Shown here piece after piece: positions 60,637 to 64,000 of a stretch of 64,000 bases of DNA (position 1 is the stretch's first letter; each line of letters starts with the position of its first letter). Position numbers and translations under genes: made by a program. Origin of the DNA: Hemiscyllium ocellatum (Eukaryota); NCBI RefSeq assembly GCF_020745735.1, contig NC_083428.1, forward strand, positions 44,708,217 through 44,772,216. The letters run 5' to 3'. The notes beneath the pieces are model-generated. The model was not told where the DNA came from. It did not search any database and saw only the letters and a list, made by a program, of their open reading frames with translations.

Positions 60637-61315
60637 GGCTGATTACTAGTATTCTCATTTTCCATCCAATTGGAAATATTATTTGAGGGTACCTGAGAAT
60701 TGAGTGCTAATTTGATGCTGGGAACTAACAGTAACAAGTCTGCATTTACAGACAGCTGTGTTGGGATTTACTGGATTCATCCGTTTGGATGATCCTTTTC
60801 CTTCTAGCTGCTGAAATTCTGTGTGCCTTTGTTAAAGAGGCAATGTCAGCCTGAAAGTTTTATTAGAGAGACTGAAGATGTAAAACAAGACATGCCCCTT
60901 CTGTGAATTAGTGATCTTAATGCAATGCATGATAAATCAGATGGAAATAAAAACTGCTGAAAACCTTAAAGAAAAATGAGCCAGTGATGGAATATTAACT
61001 TGAGGCTGATTGACCTGCTTTGTGTAACATCTTTGATGTTAAGTGCCAGTAAAGTTTCCCCACTGCCCTTTGTCTCATCTTCCTTCTGTATCAAAGCAAA
61101 ATTGTTGCAAAGGATTTCACTCTCGGAATTAATTCTCCTCATTGTGACCGAGGTCAGGAAAACCGATTGTGGCAGAAACAGTGAACTATTCCATTTCATG
61201 GTGAAAATCTCAGCGATGGGCCCAGGTGGTCAGACCTCCAGATTGTCAGGGATTAAACAGACGACTGAAGCCCCTCATGTATAGGAGTTGCCTGGAAAGG
61301 TTAAGGTTCTGATGG

Positions 61316-61435
61316 TAAAAAGTGAGGTCTGCAGATGCTGGAGATCAGAGCGGAAAATGTGTTGCTGGTTAGAGCGCAGCAGGTCAGGCAGCATCCAAGG
61401 AACAGGAAATTCGACGTTTCGGGCATAAGCCCTTC
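61316..61435 (-). mobile_element. PLE pseudo-LTR fragment truncated inside the hammerhead core
   Basis: 12-bp TSD AGGTTCTGATGG at 61304-61315 and 61436-61447. Confidence 0.88.
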
Positions 61436-62292
61436 AGGTTCTGATGGGCAAGTCCCCTAATGCCAGGATCCTCTGTAAATGTCTCTGACTGGCATAATTC
61501 CATACTTACATAATGGCTATGTTAAAACCTGGTCCAGCAGTTGGTAACCTTCACAGTCAATACCCACCCTCGGCACTTTGCTGACCTGACCAAAGCAACA
61601 CCTACCTACCCAAACTGACACAACTACCTCCCTACCAACTGTCCAGTCGACAACCTGACCATATCCCAACTCCTCACCCACCACCCAGTCCAGACCCTTA
61701 TACTTGCCGTATAGTAGCTAATGCTAGAGGAGGAGGAGGAGGCATGTCCTGCTTACTCTGATTCCGACAGGGATGGCTGAGTTTGCTGCACCTCACATTT
61801 CTTTGATAGCATGGATTGGGAAAAATTGTGGAAGAAATGTGCAGCAGTTAGTCTTCATGTGTGATGACAATTGCAATCAAAGTTGTTGCTTCTTGGAAGG
61901 TTCAGCACCTTATTTTAGTGAAGTATGTAGCTGGATTGTGGTGCTGTGGATTTCATCCCACTGTCCTGTAGATGTCAGTATGTGCAATGGCTCCAATTCT
62001 TATCTCTCTGTCAATGATCCAGCCCCGCTCCAAAATTTGAGAATTGAGATTAAGGACGGTAATGCAGTATCAGCAAGTGCTACAACTCAATACAATATTT
62101 GGGTCAAAATCTTGGAGCACTCTCCCAAACAACATTGTGAGTCTCTCCCTGTCAAGTGGATTGTAGCAGCTCGAGGAGGTGGCTCACCACCTTCTCAATG
62201 ACCAGTAGGGATGGGCTGTAAATTTTGGCCCAATCAATGTGACACCTATATGTCTAAATGAATAAAATTGACCAGACTATACCGAGCTTTTT

Positions 62293-62637
62293 GGAGTCCC
62301 TGTTACAGTGGTGTCACTGGTGTTGGGATCCCTGTTACAGTGGGTGTCACTGGCGTTGGGATCCCTGTTACAGTGGGTGTCACTGGCGTTGGGATCCCTG
62401 TTACAGTGGGTGTCACTGGCGTTGGGATCCCTGTTACAGTGGGTGTCACTGGCGTTGGGATCCCTGTTACAGTGGTGTCACTGGCGTTGGGATCCCTGTT
62501 ACAGTGATATCACTGGCGTTGGGATCCCTGTTACAGTGATGTCACTGGCGTTGGGATCCCTGTTACAGTGGTGTCACTGGCGTTGGGATCCCTGTTACAG
62601 TGGTGTCACTGGCGTTGGGATCCCTGTTACAGTGATG
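62293..62637. repeat. 32/33-bp minisatellite, about 10.5 copies
   Basis: Unit GGGATCCCTGTTACAGTG(G)GTGTCACTGGCGTT, head to tail with no spacers. Confidence 0.97.
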
Positions 62638-62997
62638 TTTGTACAGAATAACACCACCTAATAATTCAGTTATTTTTCCTGAACTTTATAGATGTGGATT
62701 TGTTAAAGCTGCAATTTTGAAAGTAAAAGTTATGGGTCAACACAAAATCATGTTCTGATTTGATGCTGAGTTCCATGTAAGTGGAAAGAATAGCTATACA
62801 CATATGAACATCAGCATTTAGCCAATAATGTGAGCAAGGACCAATTAAGAGTGACGTGGGATCTGAGAGTTAGATAAAAGTAGAATTCATACTGTCTCTT
62901 TGCAGATGTTAGTGTGAGAATGAAGCTCTCTGAAGGCTATCATGTTTCCTTACTGCGTTAAATCTGCTCATCTCCATCTGTCTGTTTGTTTTTATAG

Positions 62998-63016
62998 GTT
63001 TTTGCTATCTGAATGA
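62998..63016 (+). CDS. Probable terminal coding exon (adds QFLLSE*), followed by a ~1 kb 3' UTR
   Basis: Strong pyrimidine tract ending ttttatag| at 62997. Phase 2 gives a short C-terminal extension, as in LDLR exon 18. Other acceptors (62691, 62905) cannot be excluded. Confidence 0.4.
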
Positions 63017-63974
63017 AGAGGAATGGATCTGAGATTTCTTGTTTGGAGTGTTGGGTTTTTAATTTCAACAGAGCTTCCTATGTTGGTGAATTGATCAGAC
63101 AGCCTAAGGATCAGTTTAATATTTAATTTTATTGCTCAGGGTTTTGGTAAAGTACTTATTTGTCAGGTTCTGGTAGTACTTGTAGGATGTTTTAATGAGG
63201 AGATTGTGCCCAAAAAAGGATTCCAGGAAAATTCCAAAAGGGTGCCCTGTCGCTGACCATTCACCATGACACTGGGAAAAGGAAAAAAACTCACACACAT
63301 TCGAGCATTCCAATCTCCAGCACACCAAGGTTCCTTCCTTCAAGTTACCACCACCAAAAAGTGACTTACAATCTCTTCGACATATTTCTGTAGTTAAAGC
63401 CATAAAGATTCTGTGCATGTATTGCTTCAAATTGAGCTTTGCCAATTCTAGATTGTTCTTTTGGCCTGTCTTAATAGCCAATCTGATGTGTAATTCTGAT
63501 TGAACAATGCCTCCCTCACTAAGAATCTCTGTCAGCACTAGATCTTAGTGAGAGAATACGACATTGTGGTGGATGTTGATGGAATGTCTTGGCACAGGCA
63601 GGAGGTAAAACTTGTCAACAGCCAAGCAAGTCTATTCAAGTATAAGCCAAATTGGAAATCTAAATGTGATTGCTACTTCCTTATTACTGTGAGAACCTTT
63701 GCAAATGTTGAATATTAATAAGCTGAAAATGACCAGCAAACTAGCAGAGAAATGTCTGAAGAGTTTGTGTGGCATTCCTTCCAGTTCTAACCTTCAGATA
63801 TTTAGTCATTTTAAATATCTGAACAAGAACATAATCCTGTAACATTGTTGGAAATATTTATTGACAGTAAATCTTCAATGGTTTACCAGTTTGAGATCTA
63901 AGGCACTTAAACATATTTATTTACACCATAGAAATTTTATTTATGCTTTTTATTCTTTATTGCTTTAACATTAG

Positions 63975-63980
63975 AATAAA
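63975..63980 (+). promoter_or_regulatory. Candidate polyadenylation signal
   Basis: AATAAA after an AT-rich stretch with ATTTA motifs, about 1 kb downstream of the candidate last exon. Confidence 0.45.
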
Positions 63981-64000
63981 CTTGAACTGGGTACTTGAAG

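Noticed and set aside
62293-62637. CRISPR-like array (32-33 bp palindromic repeats) or coding GVTGVGIPVTV repeat
   Set aside because: There are no unique spacers, no cas genes, and the context is eukaryotic. The 32-bp units break the frame and there are no convincing splice sites.

Overview
Eukaryotic genomic DNA, almost certainly from an elasmobranch (shark), as inferred from HE1-like V-SINEs and abundant CR1 LINEs. It holds one apparently complete + strand gene, which I reconstructed by hand from splice sites and reading phase: 12 coding exons from 6892 to 59113 plus a probable terminal exon from 62998, about 690-700 aa. The product belongs to the LDLR/VLDLR/LRP8 core receptor family and is closest in appearance to VLDLR, but it is atypical. 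It has only three LDL-A modules, none with the ligand-binding aromatic residue. Several beta-propeller acid-release residues are replaced, the O-glycosylated stalk is a 30-bp coding minisatellite, there is a probable GC-AG intron inside the TM segment, and the tail has FYSPVH where the family has FDNPVY. A ~2.8-kb G/T-rich repeat abuts the small CpG promoter. The introns are mostly nested transposons: CR1 LINEs, V-SINEs, two solo LTRs, and about 13 Penelope-like (PLE) fragments. Several PLE fragments carry minimal type I hammerhead ribozymes, have 11-15 bp TSDs, or form inverted hairpins. Family and residue comparisons come from recalled knowledge, not database searches, and repeat boundaries are approximate unless a TSD is quoted.
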